From: Octopus vulgaris
Taxonomy: Eukaryota
Reading direction: 5' to 3'
NCBI GenBank assembly: GCA_951406725.2
Contig: OX597819.1
Location: 82,026,001 to 82,090,000, forward strand
DNA length: 64,000 nt
This document shows, piece by piece, positions 1 through 13,257 of the stretch. The notes beneath the pieces are model-generated. The model saw only the letters and a program-made list of their open reading frames with translations. It was not told the origin of the DNA and searched no databases. Positions within the stretch are counted from its first letter, which is position 1, and every line of letters begins with the position of its first letter. The translations under genes were made by a program, and so were the position numbers.

Positions 1-611
1 CGCATGCAGAACGGCAATCGATTGAATCCATCATTAAGATCTCCTCACCGTCCTCCTTTTGTCAGGAAGGGCAGGTAATTTTTCTCTGCCTGGTGGCTAT
101 GACGAAAAAGGTTGTGTTTGTGGTCGAGAATGGAAGGCTGATGACAGTCAATTTCCTCCTCGGCCAAGCCTGCATCAACATTTTTGTAATGTTCCACTTC
201 ACAATGAAAGAGAGAGGGAGTTTGATGAAGGGTGGGTGAATGTAGTCATAATGACCTGATTGGCTAGCCTTACTCTGATCCTATTGACTGAAGAAAATGG
301 ATGGGAGAGGAGTGCCTCCCTGTGGTACACATGGCAGACTAGGACATCCAGGATCATTAGGATGCCTTGGTTACCCGTTGGTGGTTCTCCTGACGTATTG
401 TGGAATTTTGTTGTTTTCAATTTTTTGTTAATTGTTTTATTGTTTACATGTGCGTTCCTTTTGCTCTCAAGACTCGGACAGTTGTAGCACTGTATTAAAG
501 ATTGTGATTTCTAGTCCTCTGAATTTTCAGGGATGGTCAGTAGTCTATTAGATCGGCTCTGGCAAATAACAACGGTCGACTTGATAGACTAGTGCTTGTT
601 GAACTTCAGCC

Positions 612-732
612 AACAAGTTTGAAAGGCAATATCGATCCTCACGGGATTCGAACTCAGAACATAAAAACAGAAACTAAATATCGCAAAGTATTTTGTCCAC
701 TGCTCTCACGATTCTGCTTAATCGACCACCTT
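612..732 (-). mobile_element. Degenerate tRNA-derived SINE fragment (family A)
   Basis: Matches the head of the better family A copies at 3234-3449 (ttcgaactcagaac...gattctgc...ccacctt). Confidence 0.6.
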
Positions 733-879
733 TTATTTTACAGATATTGATAAGTAGCTCTACTTTATTCTAAGAAAAGGCGGAAGAAAGTATCTCTGAG
801 GAGAAGAAGTAGAAGGAGAAGTGAGGGTGACTCTCCTATAGTATACAATCACTACCTTGTCATGTAATCCAAGAGTGGT

Positions 880-1140
880 GTGAGAGTATTGGTTTACCAA
901 ATGATGCTTTGCGTCGCTGAAAAGAATGTCTTGATTTCTTTTTGAGATCTAAAATGAACGAAAAATTCGTAATTGCTATTGGCATAGCGTTTCGTATTTT
1001 AAGACTATAATTTCCTGAACATTACTTCTCGTGATGATTACATGGTGATATTGACGTCTGAAATGCTTTTACCGGTATCTCTCAGATTGTTGTTGTTGGT
1101 CCAACTTCTTACATGGCTATATTTGTGTTTCTTTAGAAAT
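880..1140 (-). pseudogene. Possible highly decayed Penelope-type GIY-YIG endonuclease relic
   Basis: Broken minus-strand frames give VGPTTT / SERYR*KH / LKKKS, a weak resemblance to the PLE endonuclease. Confidence 0.25.
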
Positions 1141-1757
1141 GATCAGCCACCAAACGCAATTTTCTGAATACTTTAAATAGCACATAATGTATAAACACTG
1201 AGTTTTTATTAGGAATAGGTTTTCTTTTAAGGATCATGAAAAACGTGGAATTTTAAAGGAACCTAATAGATAACGCAATTCATTCTTAATAGTGAGATGA
1301 CATTAACTGGAAATTCTAACGATTAGATTGAAAACATCAAAGATAACAATTAGTATTATAACATTTTCAAAGATCAACAATTTATGACACTGATATAATT
1401 AATAATAATTTTCTGAAACGAAAGAAAATTTTTCTTTCAGAGAAAAAAATTAATTAAAACCATAAAACATTTTAACACATTTTTTTATTGTTTAATGTTG
1501 TTAGATATAATGATGCAGGAAAATTTTGTCTAATTCGATTTATTGAGAAATATGAATGCAATACATCAAATCATCAATAATATATTCTAAAGTATTTTAA
1601 TGAAAACAATTTACTTTACTACAGATATATCAAAAGAAAGAATGCGCGACGCTAACGTAGTAACGCTTCAAATTTGTCGGACTTAGATTTGTTCTCATTC
1701 CGCTCAGAGATCAAATTTTCCCTCATCAATGTTGACATTTTCCACCTCGTAAAAATA

Positions 1758-2157
1758 ATCCTTTCTACTGGAACCACAAGGCCTCGAATTTAGGGGAAGG
1801 GATTAAGTTGATTACATCGACCCCAGTGTGTAACTGGTACTAATTTTTATCGATCCCGAAAGGATGTGAGACAAAGTCGACCTCAGCGGAATTTGAACTC
1901 AGACCGTAGCGGAAGACGAAATACCTATTTCTTTACAACCCACAAGGGGCTAAACACGGAGAGGACAAACAAGGACAGACAAATGGATTCAGTCGATTAT
2001 ATCGACCCCAGTGCGTAACTGGTACTTATTTAATCGACCCCGAAAGGATGAAAGGCAAAGTCAACCTCAGCGGAATTTGAACTCAGAACGTAACGGCAGA
2101 CGAAATACGGCTATGCATTTCACCCGGCGTGCTAACGTTTCTGCTAGCTCGCTGCTT
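1758..2157 (-). mobile_element. Dimeric tRNA-derived SINE (family A)
   Basis: Two successive units with gaccccagtg..aactggtact..atcgaccccgaaaggatgaaaggcaaagtc..ggaatttgaactcaga. On the minus strand these give a B-box (GAGTTCAAATTCC) and the central GCCTTTCATCCTTTCGGGGTCGAT motif. Confidence 0.9.
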
Positions 2158-2394
2158 TCCCTCATCAAATAATTACTTGATATATACTATTAGATGGCAT
2201 GGAATAGTTGGATCCAGTTAATTCCAGCCATTACATATCATCCACAAATCTGCATGTTCCAATCTAAGAAATCAATAATTGTATTAGTGGTATTTGGGAG
2301 ACATTTTATTGCGACTCAAATATCAAGCCCCATATGTAAATACGCTTACAGGTTATGATACTATTTCTGTGTATATATCAGAAAGGTATGTTTT

Positions 2395-2805
2395 ATTGTT
2401 TCCTTGTTTCAGTCGTTGGACTGTAGTCATGCTGGATCATCGCATTGAGAGGTTTACTCGAACAGCCCAAATCGAGTACTTATTCATTTTCAAAGTTTGC
2501 TACTTATTCTGTTCGTATCTAAGTTGCAAGGAGATAAACAAGCCAACGCTCTCTATCAAGCAGTAGAAGGGGACAAACACGAATACACACACACGCACAC
2601 ACACACACACACGCACACACACACACACACTCACATACACACACAAACAACGGGCTTCCATACAGTATCCATATACCAAATTCACTCATACGCCATTGCC
2701 CAGCTTGGGGCTATGGCAGAAGACATTTGCACAAGATACCATGAATGGGGCCATAAGCTGAAACAACATACATGCAAAAGTGTGCTATTAACTACACAAA
2801 TCTGT
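2395..2805 (-). mobile_element. CORE-type Octopus SINE (family B) with internal (CA)n
   Basis: Reverse complement aligns to the copy at 48660-49051 (tail ...ccagcatg..cagtc..gactgaaacaag). Confidence 0.8.
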
Positions 2806-2929
2806 CAGCGACTCTTCTCTCTCTCTCCCTCTCTCTTTTAAATAAATACATCCTACTTCTTCCTTACTTTAAAATTAAAAGATTGCAATAAACAAGATTT
2901 ACCGAAGAGTTTCATATGAAGGTAAATTA

Positions 2930-3078
2930 AGCAGACACAGCTATGTGGTTAAGAATATCGCTTCCTGGGCGCAGTGTCACAGCATAGTTTCTTAAGAAAC
3001 TGTCTTCACCATAGGCCCAGGCTAACCAAAGCCTTGTGAGTGGATTTGACAGACGAAAACGGAAAGAAATCCGTCGTA
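2930..3078 (+). mobile_element. Family B SINE 5' part
   Basis: gctatgtggttaagaa...aaagccttgtgagtggatttg...gaaagaaatccgtcgta. Confidence 0.8.
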
Positions 3079-3086
3079 CACACACA

Positions 3087-3891
3087 TCCTTTCTACTAAA
3101 GGTGCAAGGACGGACGAAATGCCGCTAAGCATTTTGCCCCGCGTGCTAACGATTCTGCCAGCTCGCCGCCTTTATAATAACAGTAATAATAAGAATAACA
3201 ACAACAACAACAACAATAATAATAATAATAATAATCCTTTCTACTGGAAGCACAAGGCCTCAGATTTGGGGAAAAGGATTAAGTCGATTACATCGACCCC
3301 AGTATGCAACTGGTACTTAATTTATCGACACCTAAAGGATGAAAGGCAAAGTCGACCTCGGCGGAATTTGAACTCAGAACGTAAGGACGGACGAAATGCC
3401 GCGAAACATTTTTCCCGGTGTGCTAACGATTCTGCCAGCTCGCCGCCTTAACAATAGCAGTAATAATAATGATAGTTTCAAATTTTGCCACAAGGGCAGC
3501 ATTTTGTGGAGGAGGGGATAAGTCGATTTCATCGACCCCAGTGTTTCAGTGGTACTTATATTATCGACGACAAAAGGATGAAAAGTAAAGTCGACCTTAG
3601 TGGAATGTGAACTAGTAATGGGCAAGATACTGCTAAACATTTCATCCAGCGCGGTAACGAATCTCTTACCTTGCTGCATTAATAATAATAATGATAGTAA
3701 TAATCTTTTATACTCTTGGCATAAAGCTCGAAATTTTCGGGTTGGGAGAGCCAGTCGATTATATCGACCCCAGTACGCAACTGGTACTTAAGTTATCGAC
3801 CCCTCGGCGGAATTTGAATAAAGAACGTAAAGAGAGACGAAATACAGTTAAGTACTTCGCCCGGCGTGCTAATGTGCTAGCTCGCCGCCTT
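3087..3891 (-). mobile_element. Four head-to-tail family A SINEs (3087-3172, 3234-3449, 3472-3678, 3705-3891)
   Basis: Repeated family A body ending in ...agctcgccgcctt, with units separated by (AAT)/(AAC) runs. Confidence 0.92.
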
Positions 3892-3969
3892 TGAAAAATG
3901 ATGAACAACTTTAATCATTGTTCGCAATGATAATAATAATAGAATATAATCTTACATGTGTATAAGTAC

Positions 3970-4141
3970 GTATATCGTTCGTTTTTCCTCTCGTTTCACA
4001 AGAGATAAGACCTACTTTTGCCTTCTCTTGTCATAGTTCCTTTCTCCAGCGTTCACCACTTCACCTCGTTATGGCTTAACAACCCTCACCGTTTGTTTCT
4101 ACTGTTTTGTTCTTACTGTCCTGTTTTTGCTATTTATATGC

Positions 4142-4220
<79 letters not shown>

Positions 4221-4997
4221 GAAAAATACAAACTGGGACAAGAACGTAAAACATTTAGAAGACGATACAAAAAAACCGACGGGACATTCGAAGCCTTCAA
4301 TTTTCAGTCAAGAGGAAAAACGAACGATAGCCGCTGGTCCCGTGTGAGCAACGAGAGAGTAAAGGAGGAAGAGTGAGGGAGAGTACCACTTTCACCCTCC
4401 GCAAAAATCCCATATTTTATTTAATTTGCTTTGCGGGAAGCAGTTTTAACGAAGTAGCGTCTTGTCCCTACCTTCGTAACGCGGAGTAAATTAATCAGGG
4501 GTCAATAGATGAAGAGATTGTTCTTTATGTTGCTTGTCAACTTGTTTGTCTACTTGTTTCTTTCGTTGTCCGAAAAAGAGTTCACATTCCATGTTTTTGT
4601 TTTTTATGTTCTCGCTTTTAATTTTTTCACGTTTTTTTTGACGTCCCATATCATCCATTTCCAATTAAGTTTTATCTTAATAATTCAGATGCACACTCTA
4701 CACTCTCTATTCTCCCACTATCGCTTTTCTCCTTTCTTTCTGTTTTCCTTCTCCTCCACCTTCACGGTTCTCTTTCTCTCCCTCTCTCTTCCTCACTCTT
4801 CCTCCTTGACTCTCTCGTTGCTCACACGTGAATAGCGGCTATCGTTCTTTTTCCCTCTTGCTTCACCAGTGATAAGAACTACTTTTGCCTATCTCTTGTC
4901 ATAGCTCCTTTCTCCAGCGTTCACCACTTCACCTCTTTACGACTTAACAGCCCTCGGCGTTTGTTTTTACTGTTTTGTTCCTACTGTACTTTTTTTG

Positions 4998-5000
<3 letters not shown>
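3970..5000. mobile_element. Mosaic of direct and inverted terminal-repeat fragments, probably Penelope-like, between (TA)n arrays
   Basis: 3975-4135 is directly repeated at 4842-5000; 4314-4380 is an inverted copy of ~4785-4855; the block abuts (TA)n. Confidence 0.55.
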
Positions 5001-5073
<73 letters not shown>

Positions 5074-5234
5074 AAAGATAAATTAAATAGTACCTAACTA
5101 TTTAATTGATCTTTGTAACGGCATTATACCAATATTTATATGGTATTCAACTGACGTACCAGTGAACTGGATGTTTATCACACGCCTTCGAAGGATTTCT
5201 TTTCCTCAGTTTGTTACTTTATATATATATATAT

Positions 5235-5480
5235 GGCGTGGTTGTATGGTACGAAGCTTGCTTTCCAACTGGGTTCAGCCCCACTGCATGGCGCTTTGGA
5301 CAAGTGTCTGGACAAGTGTCTTGGACAAGTGTCTTGGACAAGTGTATTTTAGCCTTGAGCCTACCAAACCCTTGTGAGTAGATTTGGTAGACAGAAACAA
5401 AAAATAATCCGTCGTATATGTGTATCCATCCATGTGTGTGTCTTTGTGTCTGTGTTTGTCTACATTGGATCTTGACCCTA
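5235..5480 (+). mobile_element. Family B SINE with four tandem copies of a ~13-bp CORE segment
   Basis: Head ggcgtggttgtatggtacgaagcttgc; (ttggacaagtgtc) x4 at ~5297-5345. Confidence 0.8.
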
Positions 5481-5668
5481 CAGTGGACCGTAGATTGCAT
5501 ACTGAAGTATACTCCTTTGTGATTTCATACATACGTTGCGTAGTTGCTCTATACTTGTGGATTTATAAGTAAGTACATGAATGTCCGTACACAATGTTGA
5601 TACACAAGTATGCTATCCTCGACTCTACCTTGGTGTCTTTGTTATTAAAATACCTCGATTCCACTGGA

Positions 5669-5731
<63 letters not shown>

Positions 5732-6367
5732 CATACATATATATACATATATGCATATATACATACACACACATGTATATATGTGTGTACATATATAGTC
5801 ATACATATACATGATATACATACAAGATATTTTTACACATATGTATACATATGTATGTACACATAAAAGCATACTCACCCCCACACCCAGCACACGATCA
5901 CACACACATACATAAGACACTCCCACGCAATAATGTACTTTCTATTCAAAATAATAATTGAGTGTATCTCTATCTAAATAAGTAAGATAGCATTACTCAT
6001 ATTTATACAATTGTTAAAGTAAACATTTTTAAGTCACACATCCCACCAATTTATATTCGCAAGTGTACAACCAATCTGTTTCGGATGACAATCCTGTATG
6101 ATTTCTTTTCTTTTGGGTTAGCTTTGGTGTATTATATATTCATATTTCTCGATGCCTGTCATAGAATTTGTCTTTTCTTAATTTTTAAAGACTATTTATT
6201 TTGGTCTTAGAATAGAGTTCCATAGCACGACCATTTTTGTCAGCCATTAACGTTAGTTATGCACACATTACTGTCAACATATATTTATTAACTGACACAT
6301 GACTAATAAAATACTATCATGTCATTCTAACCATTTTGCATTCAAAGCAAAATAAAGCGGTTAAATG

Positions 6368-6464
6368 TGTTCTGCACAACAAAGTAGGAGATTCAAACAC
6401 AGACGGACACATTTTGTTCTGCACAACAAAGTAGCGGATTTAAACACAGACGGACACATTTTGT
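6368..6464. repeat. 47-bp tandem duplication
   Basis: tgttctgcacaacaaagtag..att.aaacacagacggacacattt starts at 6368 and again at 6415. Confidence 0.9.
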
Positions 6465-6486
6465 ACTAGTTCACTATTGTACTGTA

Positions 6487-7133
6487 TCTATATATACAGA
6501 ACTCAGTATATGTGTGAGTGTGTGTGCGTGTGTATTTGCGCGCGCACGCTTGTGTGTGTATGTAAACCCACTTAACTTCTGAAGTTTGCAATTGATTTTC
6601 TCCAAACTGGGATATAGTTTATACTCCAGAGATAATTTTAGACTCTTAAAAGCTTTCCCATGAGAAATGGGGCCCCTGGGGTGAGAAACCCACTTTCCTG
6701 GGTAAGTACGACTACTGTGGCGAACGGAGGTAACTCTTTGAGAAATAACTTTTCTTAAAATTTCCTAAGATATTAATATTATTTACATTTTTGTTGACAT
6801 TTCATTATTAACGTACAATTGTCATCTTAGTTTATTACGTCATATTTCTTGACATAATGTCACCAAAGGAGAGATCCTTCATTTGTCGAAATATGGCGGT
6901 AGCAGAGAGATTGAAAAGAAGGAGCGCAAATGGATCGTCCATGATAAGGTTAGGGCCTGGAATCTTCCAAACAGGCATATGACATGTCACTTAATCGAAT
7001 TAGCCCTTCATTTACTCCACAAATGCTTTGTCGTCAATGCTACACTTCCCCGTATAACATGTTTCAACTAAACTGTACCATATGTACAAACTATACTATT
7101 TAAATCCCGAACAACGCAGGGTATGTCTGCTAG
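6487..7133 (+). mobile_element. Non-autonomous Helitron
   Basis: 5' A|TCTATATATA followed by a (GT)n tract; 3' imperfect GC hairpin cccgaacaacgcaggg then ...tgCTAG|T; no TSD. Confidence 0.7.
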
Positions 7134-8296
7134 TATCTTTATAACGTATTATGCATATTTATATATGCATTCACATACGCAGACAAGCATATGCATAGAA
7201 ATGCATATGCCGACACATACCTGAATGTACATATACATATACGCAAAACGTGTCTTTGTGGGTGAATATAATGTAGGGATAACATTACATTTTTTAACTC
7301 TCATTTTCTTTTCTTTTCTTCTGTTTTTGCTTTCCCTCATTGGAATGTGGCCATACCAATGCATCACCTTGTAGTGTATATTAAATCCGGGGATCCAGTA
7401 TTTATTTTATAGACCCTCACTTAATTGAAACTAAAAGAATACAAGGCAACGTAGGGCTTGGTAGAAGTTACCAAATGACTAACGGTAATTTGCCAGACAA
7501 TCTAATGGTTCCAGAATCTACATGCCAAAGGTGTGTTTAAGAAGTTCGCTTCGGAACTACGAGGTATAGTCCCACCATGAAACAAGACTAGGGAGGAAGG
7601 CATTAATAACTCTACCAATCTCTAATTCCAGAAAAAAATGTAGAAAATTAGCTAAGGAAGCTATATTAAGAGTAATATACAAGACAATTATCATCTTTAA
7701 TAACAATACGTGAAATAAATTATGAAATCAATCTGCAATTGACATTTAAACAACCGGCGACGATTTTATTAATTATTCATTAACTTAATCCTGCACTGCC
7801 AACTTCAGACGTGGCAGTGATGCATTACTATCATAATTTTATTCAGAAAAGGTGGCCGTCGTTTTCAAACAAAAATCAATTTAGAAACGTTATTATTCCA
7901 AACTGAGGGCAATGACTAATAGAAAAATACAAATCTTTAATTTCAAAACTACTAAACTCGAGTATATTCCTGTTTTCAATATAACATGTTTGGAAGAAAA
8001 GTTGTTCGCTGGTAAGTCTTCTATACGGCCGGATCTCATACATGAATTGCAATGGATCAAAATGTCCTAATAAAGGAGATAGTTTCGAGTATTTATTCTC
8101 ATACATGTGCATTGAGTTATGTAGACACTGCGGATGGGAATAACAAAAATGTGCAGGCGCGTAAAATAACCGTATGATATGAATTTATTTGCCTCCACAC
8201 TGAGATTCAAATTCACTAAACCCGTATGAGAATCATGTACATTTGATTCTAAATTACATTTCATTAAGTTTAACTCTTATAAGAGTAAACTCGCTT

Positions 8297-8465
8297 GTTC
8301 AAATTTTGGCACAAGGCCAGAAAATTCGGGGGAGGGAACTCGTCGATTACATCAGCGCTCAACTAGTACTTATCTTATTTTCTAGATCCCGGAAGGATGA
8401 AAGGCTAAGTTGATCTCGGCGGAATTTGAACTAAGAATGTAAAGTTGGACGAAATGCCGCTAAGA
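8297..8465 (-). mobile_element. Family A SINE, truncated
   Basis: caaattttggcacaagg...ggaatttgaactaagaa...gaaatgccgctaag. Confidence 0.85.
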
Positions 8466-8470
8466 GACAA

Positions 8471-8820
8471 CTCGGAAAATTCACACGATCAAACTCACAG
8501 GATCCGAAAACTCAATGTTAACACCCGGTTACAAAAATGAAAGACAAAGAGTGTAATAAGTGTAAAACAACATATATTAAATGAATATGAAAAAAAATGC
8601 ACGCTGAAAACAGCCAGTTGGGGGGAAGGACTCGGAAAAATCACATGATGAATGACACAGGATCCGAAAACTCAACGCCCGGTCATAAAAATGAAAAAAA
8701 AAATACTGTAATAGGTGTAAAACAACATGTAGTAAATGAGTCTACAAAAAAACAAATGCGCGCTGTAGAACGAGACGGAGTGGAGACGATACAGAAAATT
8801 CACACGATGAATGACAGGAT
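8471..8820. repeat. ~160-bp tandem repeat, about 2.2 copies
   Basis: ctcggaaaa.tcaca..at....acaggatccgaaaactcaa at 8471 and 8631, with a partial copy near 8794. Confidence 0.8.
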
Positions 8821-9649
8821 ATATATATATATATAGAACAAAAACTCAATAGAGAGCACTAAAACGTTTGGACAGATAGACGACACAAAGGCGGACATGA
8901 GAAATAACAATTAGAACAGGCAAAAAAGACGGCTTTCTTTCATCAGTCAAGTACCAGAGGTCACGACCATTTCAGACAGTTACACTTGAGATGATTCGAT
9001 CCGGTTGTCGCCAAAAAAGTCTAAGCTAAGAGCATTAGATCCCTTTGTAAGAAAGCTAGCGATTGTGTATGAAGCAAAGTAATAATAACGTGCATGGTAA
9101 AGGTTCGTTATTATGACGTCACAATAAGATATGCTTCAAGAATGCGCAGTAAGAGAAAAATATGTAAGTTGAATGAAAAGAAGAGATGAATTAATAGGAG
9201 GGAGAAGAGGAACAGAATTGGAATTAGGGGAGAAGAAAAGACAAGAGGAAGAAGACAAATAGATGGAAGAGAAAGCGAGAGAGAAGTGAAAAAAAGAACC
9301 TGAAGAAGGTGAAGAAATATATCGAACCAAAACTAAAAGATGATCACCATAGCCAAGAGCTAATCGGCGAGGATGTTCAACGCTTGAGTGGTCATGAAAG
9401 TTTGAACGTTTAAAAGTTCACACACACGCGGACACACAAAGGCACACACGTACACATAGGCTCAAACGTACAAACATGGGCACACACGCACAAACATAGG
9501 CACACACGTACACATACTCACATGGTATCTCATATATCAGCATATATATGGGTGACAGAAAACTTAAATTTGTTTGCCTTTATAAAGCTGTTACTTTACA
9601 CAAAATATCCACATTCATATTTATTTTAGTTTAGCTATATTACCTAACT

Positions 9650-9921
9650 GTGGAGGCGCAATGGCCCAGTGGTTAGGGCAGCGGACTCGCGGTTTCGATT
9701 CCCAGACCGAGCTCCACGAGGCTCAGGTAGGGGGTAGTGGCGACCCCTGTTGTACTCTTTCGCCACAACTTTCTCTCGCTCTCTCTTCCTGTTTCTTGAG
9801 TAACCCTGCGATGGACTTGCGTCCCGTCCAGCTGGCGGCGGGGGAACACATACGCCACAGAAACCGGGAAACCGGGCCCATGAGCTTGCCTAGGCTTGAA
9901 AAGGGCGACGTTTATCGTCGT
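9650..9921 (+). mobile_element. tRNA-derived SINE (family C) with 14-bp TSD
   Basis: A-box TGGCCCAGTGG and B-box-like GGTTTCGATTCC; TSD tatattac(c/a)taact at 9636-9649 and 9922-9935. Confidence 0.9.
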
Positions 9922-10004
9922 TATATTACATAACTACGATCTCCTACTAATATAGATTGCAGTGTATCTTTATGTTAATGCTCTTTCATTATTTCTTATG
10001 ATTA

Positions 10005-10216
10005 CGGTGTCTAACTAGCAAAACCGTTAGCACGCCAGGCAACATGGTTAGCTACATTTCGTCCGTCTTTATGTCCTGAGCTCAAATTCTGTCGATGTTG
10101 ACCTTACCTTTTATCCTTTCAGGGTCGATAGAATAAATACCAGACAAGTCTTTGGGTCGATGTAATCGACTTGCCCCTTCCCTCAAAATTCGAAGCCGCT
10201 TGACTTATAGAAAGGT
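10005..10216 (+). mobile_element. Family A SINE
   Basis: ctagcaaaaccgttagcacgcc...cctttcagggtcgat...tagaaagg. Confidence 0.85.
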
Positions 10217-10939
10217 AGTTTTTAGACCCCCAGTTCGTCTCCTAAATGAAATAGATGTATGTAGATATTTACTATTGCTGTTGTCTTGTAGTAATGAGCA
10301 AGTATTGCGGCGATAATGTTGTATCTGATAAGATAATAATCGCCTTCAACTTCAGCAACTGTTATGAGATTTTTACTAGGCTGTTGTATCTGTGTTAATT
10401 CTTGTTTATATCTTGCTATTGATAAATCTGTTTATTTGTGGAATTCCATCTATAAGACGACAGTATTATCAACTGTTCTTTCTATCCAGTTTTGTTTCGT
10501 GTTGTATTATAATGTACTGCAATGGCTCCTTATACGAGCAACTGGCGACGAATCATCGTAGTTGTTGTGTCCGATGGAACCGATTGAGTCAGGAAGTCTA
10601 CCGTGTACATGTTTGCATAAATGTATGTTAGTTTAACGGGATCCCAAAATTGTATTACAATATCCCGCTTGAATTTTTATATTATTTCTCTTTACACATA
10701 TATATATAAATGTATGTGTGTGTATATCTATATATATATATGTATATGTATATATCTCTGTGTGTATGTATGAATGTATGTACGTGTGTGTATGTGTGTG
10801 CGTGTATGTATACGTATATGTGTATGTATGTACACGAATAGTTTCATGATTCACAATTTTATGTTCCACTAATCTATAAACTGCATACCTTCGTTGCTTT
10901 ACTCTGTTTCATATTCATTATTCTATATATTAGCATAGT

Positions 10940-11340
10940 AGTTAGAGCGTTGGCCAAAATATCTTCCGGTATTTATTTGTTCCAGCCATGTTCGTGAATG
11001 CAAATTCCACCGAGGTCAGCTTTGCCTTACACGATTCTGGAGTCAATGTAACGAAATACCTTTCAGGTATTAGATTCGATTTAATCTCCCGCCCTCTACC
11101 CCCAAATTTCTGATTTTGTGCCATGTGAAACCGTAGGATCGTAGGATTAGCAAAAGTGTAAAAGCGTTGCACAAAATGCATTGCGTTATTTGTTGCAGTT
11201 TTCTTTATTCCAAGCTCAATCTTGGCGAAGTCAGCGTCTCTTTTTATAAAAACCAGCCGGGTTTGATAAAATTTATCAGGATCCAAGATTTAATTTAGGA
11301 ACCATCCTCTAAATTCCTGGCCTTGTGTCGATTCAAAAAA
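10940..11340 (+). mobile_element. Two old family A SINE copies in tandem
   Basis: Diverged matches to the family A body (caaattccaccgaggtcagctttgcc; caagctcaatcttggcgaagtcagc). Confidence 0.6.
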
Positions 11341-11454
11341 TAGTTATTATTATCACAATTGGTTTCATCTGCTTTTTATTAATTTTTGCTACAATATTTT
11401 TATCTCGTTTCACTATCCTGTGTAAGTACACATAAGTTTTTATTTTTCGGCCTT

Positions 11455-11530
11455 CACGAGTTGGTTTATCGATAGAGTGCTCTCCAGCAACGCAAGCTGG
11501 GCGGATTCCACTTAATTCCCGACCGTTGCT
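11455..11530 (+). pseudogene. Decayed tRNA-Gly-like sequence or SINE head
   Basis: gatagagtgctctccagcaacgcaag...aattcccgaccgttgc resembles tRNA-Gly(GCC), but the cloverleaf is broken. Confidence 0.4.
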
Positions 11531-13059
11531 ACTGCACATTATATCTTAACAAACCAGCAAGAGCCACGTAAATGATCACTCTACCATCAAGGAATAATAG
11601 CCAAATGCCTCTAAAATCGTCACCTACCATGTTAAATAAAGAAAAAGCAATTTTGATAATTGAATCGTGCATACGCCGACTGAAATGTTTTCAGTTATAG
11701 ATTTGCTTGATCGTCAGAGAAAGGGTAACATTATTAATAGCGTTTTTCGAGCATGCAAAAAATACCTTTAGAATCGCTTTGTCAAAATTATGTTTCGCAA
11801 AATTGTAAAATGCTTTATAACGAAACATGTAATTATAACTTGTATTAGACAAGATAATAAATCTTACGTCTTTCTTAAACATTAAGGAAGCTGAAGAAAA
11901 GCCAAAGCTGGGACTCGAGGAGTTTTAAAGTTATGAGAAACCATAAGAAGGAACTACACAAGTTTCTTGTTATTGTTTCTTATAAATGTGAACAGTAGGA
12001 GACTAAACCAACCAATTTTGGATAGAGAAAATATTGGATCAGTACAACGTCCATCTAGTACGCCAAGGGTTATATAGGTGAAAACAGCGGAAAAAGTTAA
12101 CGAACAGATGAAGTATTTCTGTCGGTAAGATTTACTCCCTTCCTCAACAAACCCAATGGAAATCCCGGAGAAATATATCATGTCTGGTGGGCGAACAAAA
12201 ACGCGAGATGCTTTCACTCGAACTAATAGGTGGCTTTCCACCAGTGTTTGAGTGAGGGTATGAGTGGGGCGACCCTGAATGTTTTTCTGTAATAATGTTA
12301 TGGTTATATATTGTTTTAATTATTGTGTTTTAATAGATTTTTCTTTATTATCAAATTTTATTCCGTCAAGTGAATAACATCCTTATCCCTCTCCTCTGTC
12401 TTTATATAAATTTGTTTATCCAACCACACAATTATTTGAAACCCCAAGTTCTTTAACGTTTATTGTATGCATTTCTGTGAACCCTTGTGCCAAATGAAGA
12501 ATTATTTTGAAAATCATTATTAAATAAAACATTTTTATTGGACATTATGACATCATAAGAAGACGAAGGTTAAGAATCCTAATTTTTCATGACTGAAAGA
12601 CTATCAAAATAAAGGATATCACAGTCAATGGGAGTGAGCAATTCTTATAAATTCATGCAGAATTGAAAGCTTCTCTCCGTGTAGTTGATAGAAAAATCAG
12701 TTGGAAACTGAATATGCCTTGCAGAATTAAGTTACTTTCGTTCAAATATCGCCGTAGTCGATTTCTGCTTTCAAAGTGGTTAAAGTAAATACCCACCAAG
12801 TGGACGTTATTAGCTGTTCACTTTCCTCTAAGCTTGTTACCTACAACAAATGTTAGAATCTTTATTAGAACTGTGGAATGACAGAATGATACAAAATTTT
12901 CATGTTTTTACATTCTCAATTCAAATGCCCTTCTGCTGCCACTCTTTAATATATAAAAGGACGTTGAAATAGTGCCAGTTATACCGAGTAGTCAAAAATA
13001 GATAAGCTATATACTCAAATTTGTAGGTTTGTGTATAAATTAATTTAGAAATAATTAAT

Positions 13060-13194
13060 CCAACGATGTCATCTTTACCTTTCGTGTTTCGTCCTTTCGG
13101 GGTTGATGCAATAAATACAGGTTGAGCACTGATGTCCATGTAATCGACTAATCCATGCCCCCAAAATTGCTGGCATTGTGCCAAGATTTGAAGC

Positions 13195-13196
<2 letters not shown>
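13060..13196 (+). mobile_element. Family A SINE 3' part ending in (ATT)n
   Basis: tttcgtcctttcggggttgat...taatcgactaatcc...gtgccaagatttgaagcc followed by (ATT)n. Confidence 0.75.

Positions 13197-13256
<60 letters not shown>

Positions 13257-13257
<1 letters not shown>

Noticed and set aside
1-487. GC-richer segment with three overlapping short ORFs
   Set aside because: No recognisable motif in any frame; possibly a TE remnant cut by the window edge.
5297-6464. Short regularly repeated units that might suggest CRISPR
   Set aside because: They are contiguous tandem copies without unique spacers, in eukaryotic context with no cas genes.
7790-7825. Hairpin containing TGGCAGTG (miR-34 seed)
   Set aside because: The stem is only ~8-10 bp and the rest does not match miR-34.
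8930-9335. CTGATGA (minus, ~8939-8945) and CTGAAGA-AGGT..ACC (plus, ~9300) motifs
   Set aside because: The required GAAA core or helices are missing.
11954-12280. Minus-strand 95-aa ORF after an acceptor-like site; ggggcgaccctgaa resembles a Kolobok end
   Set aside because: No homology, no donor and no matching opposite terminus.
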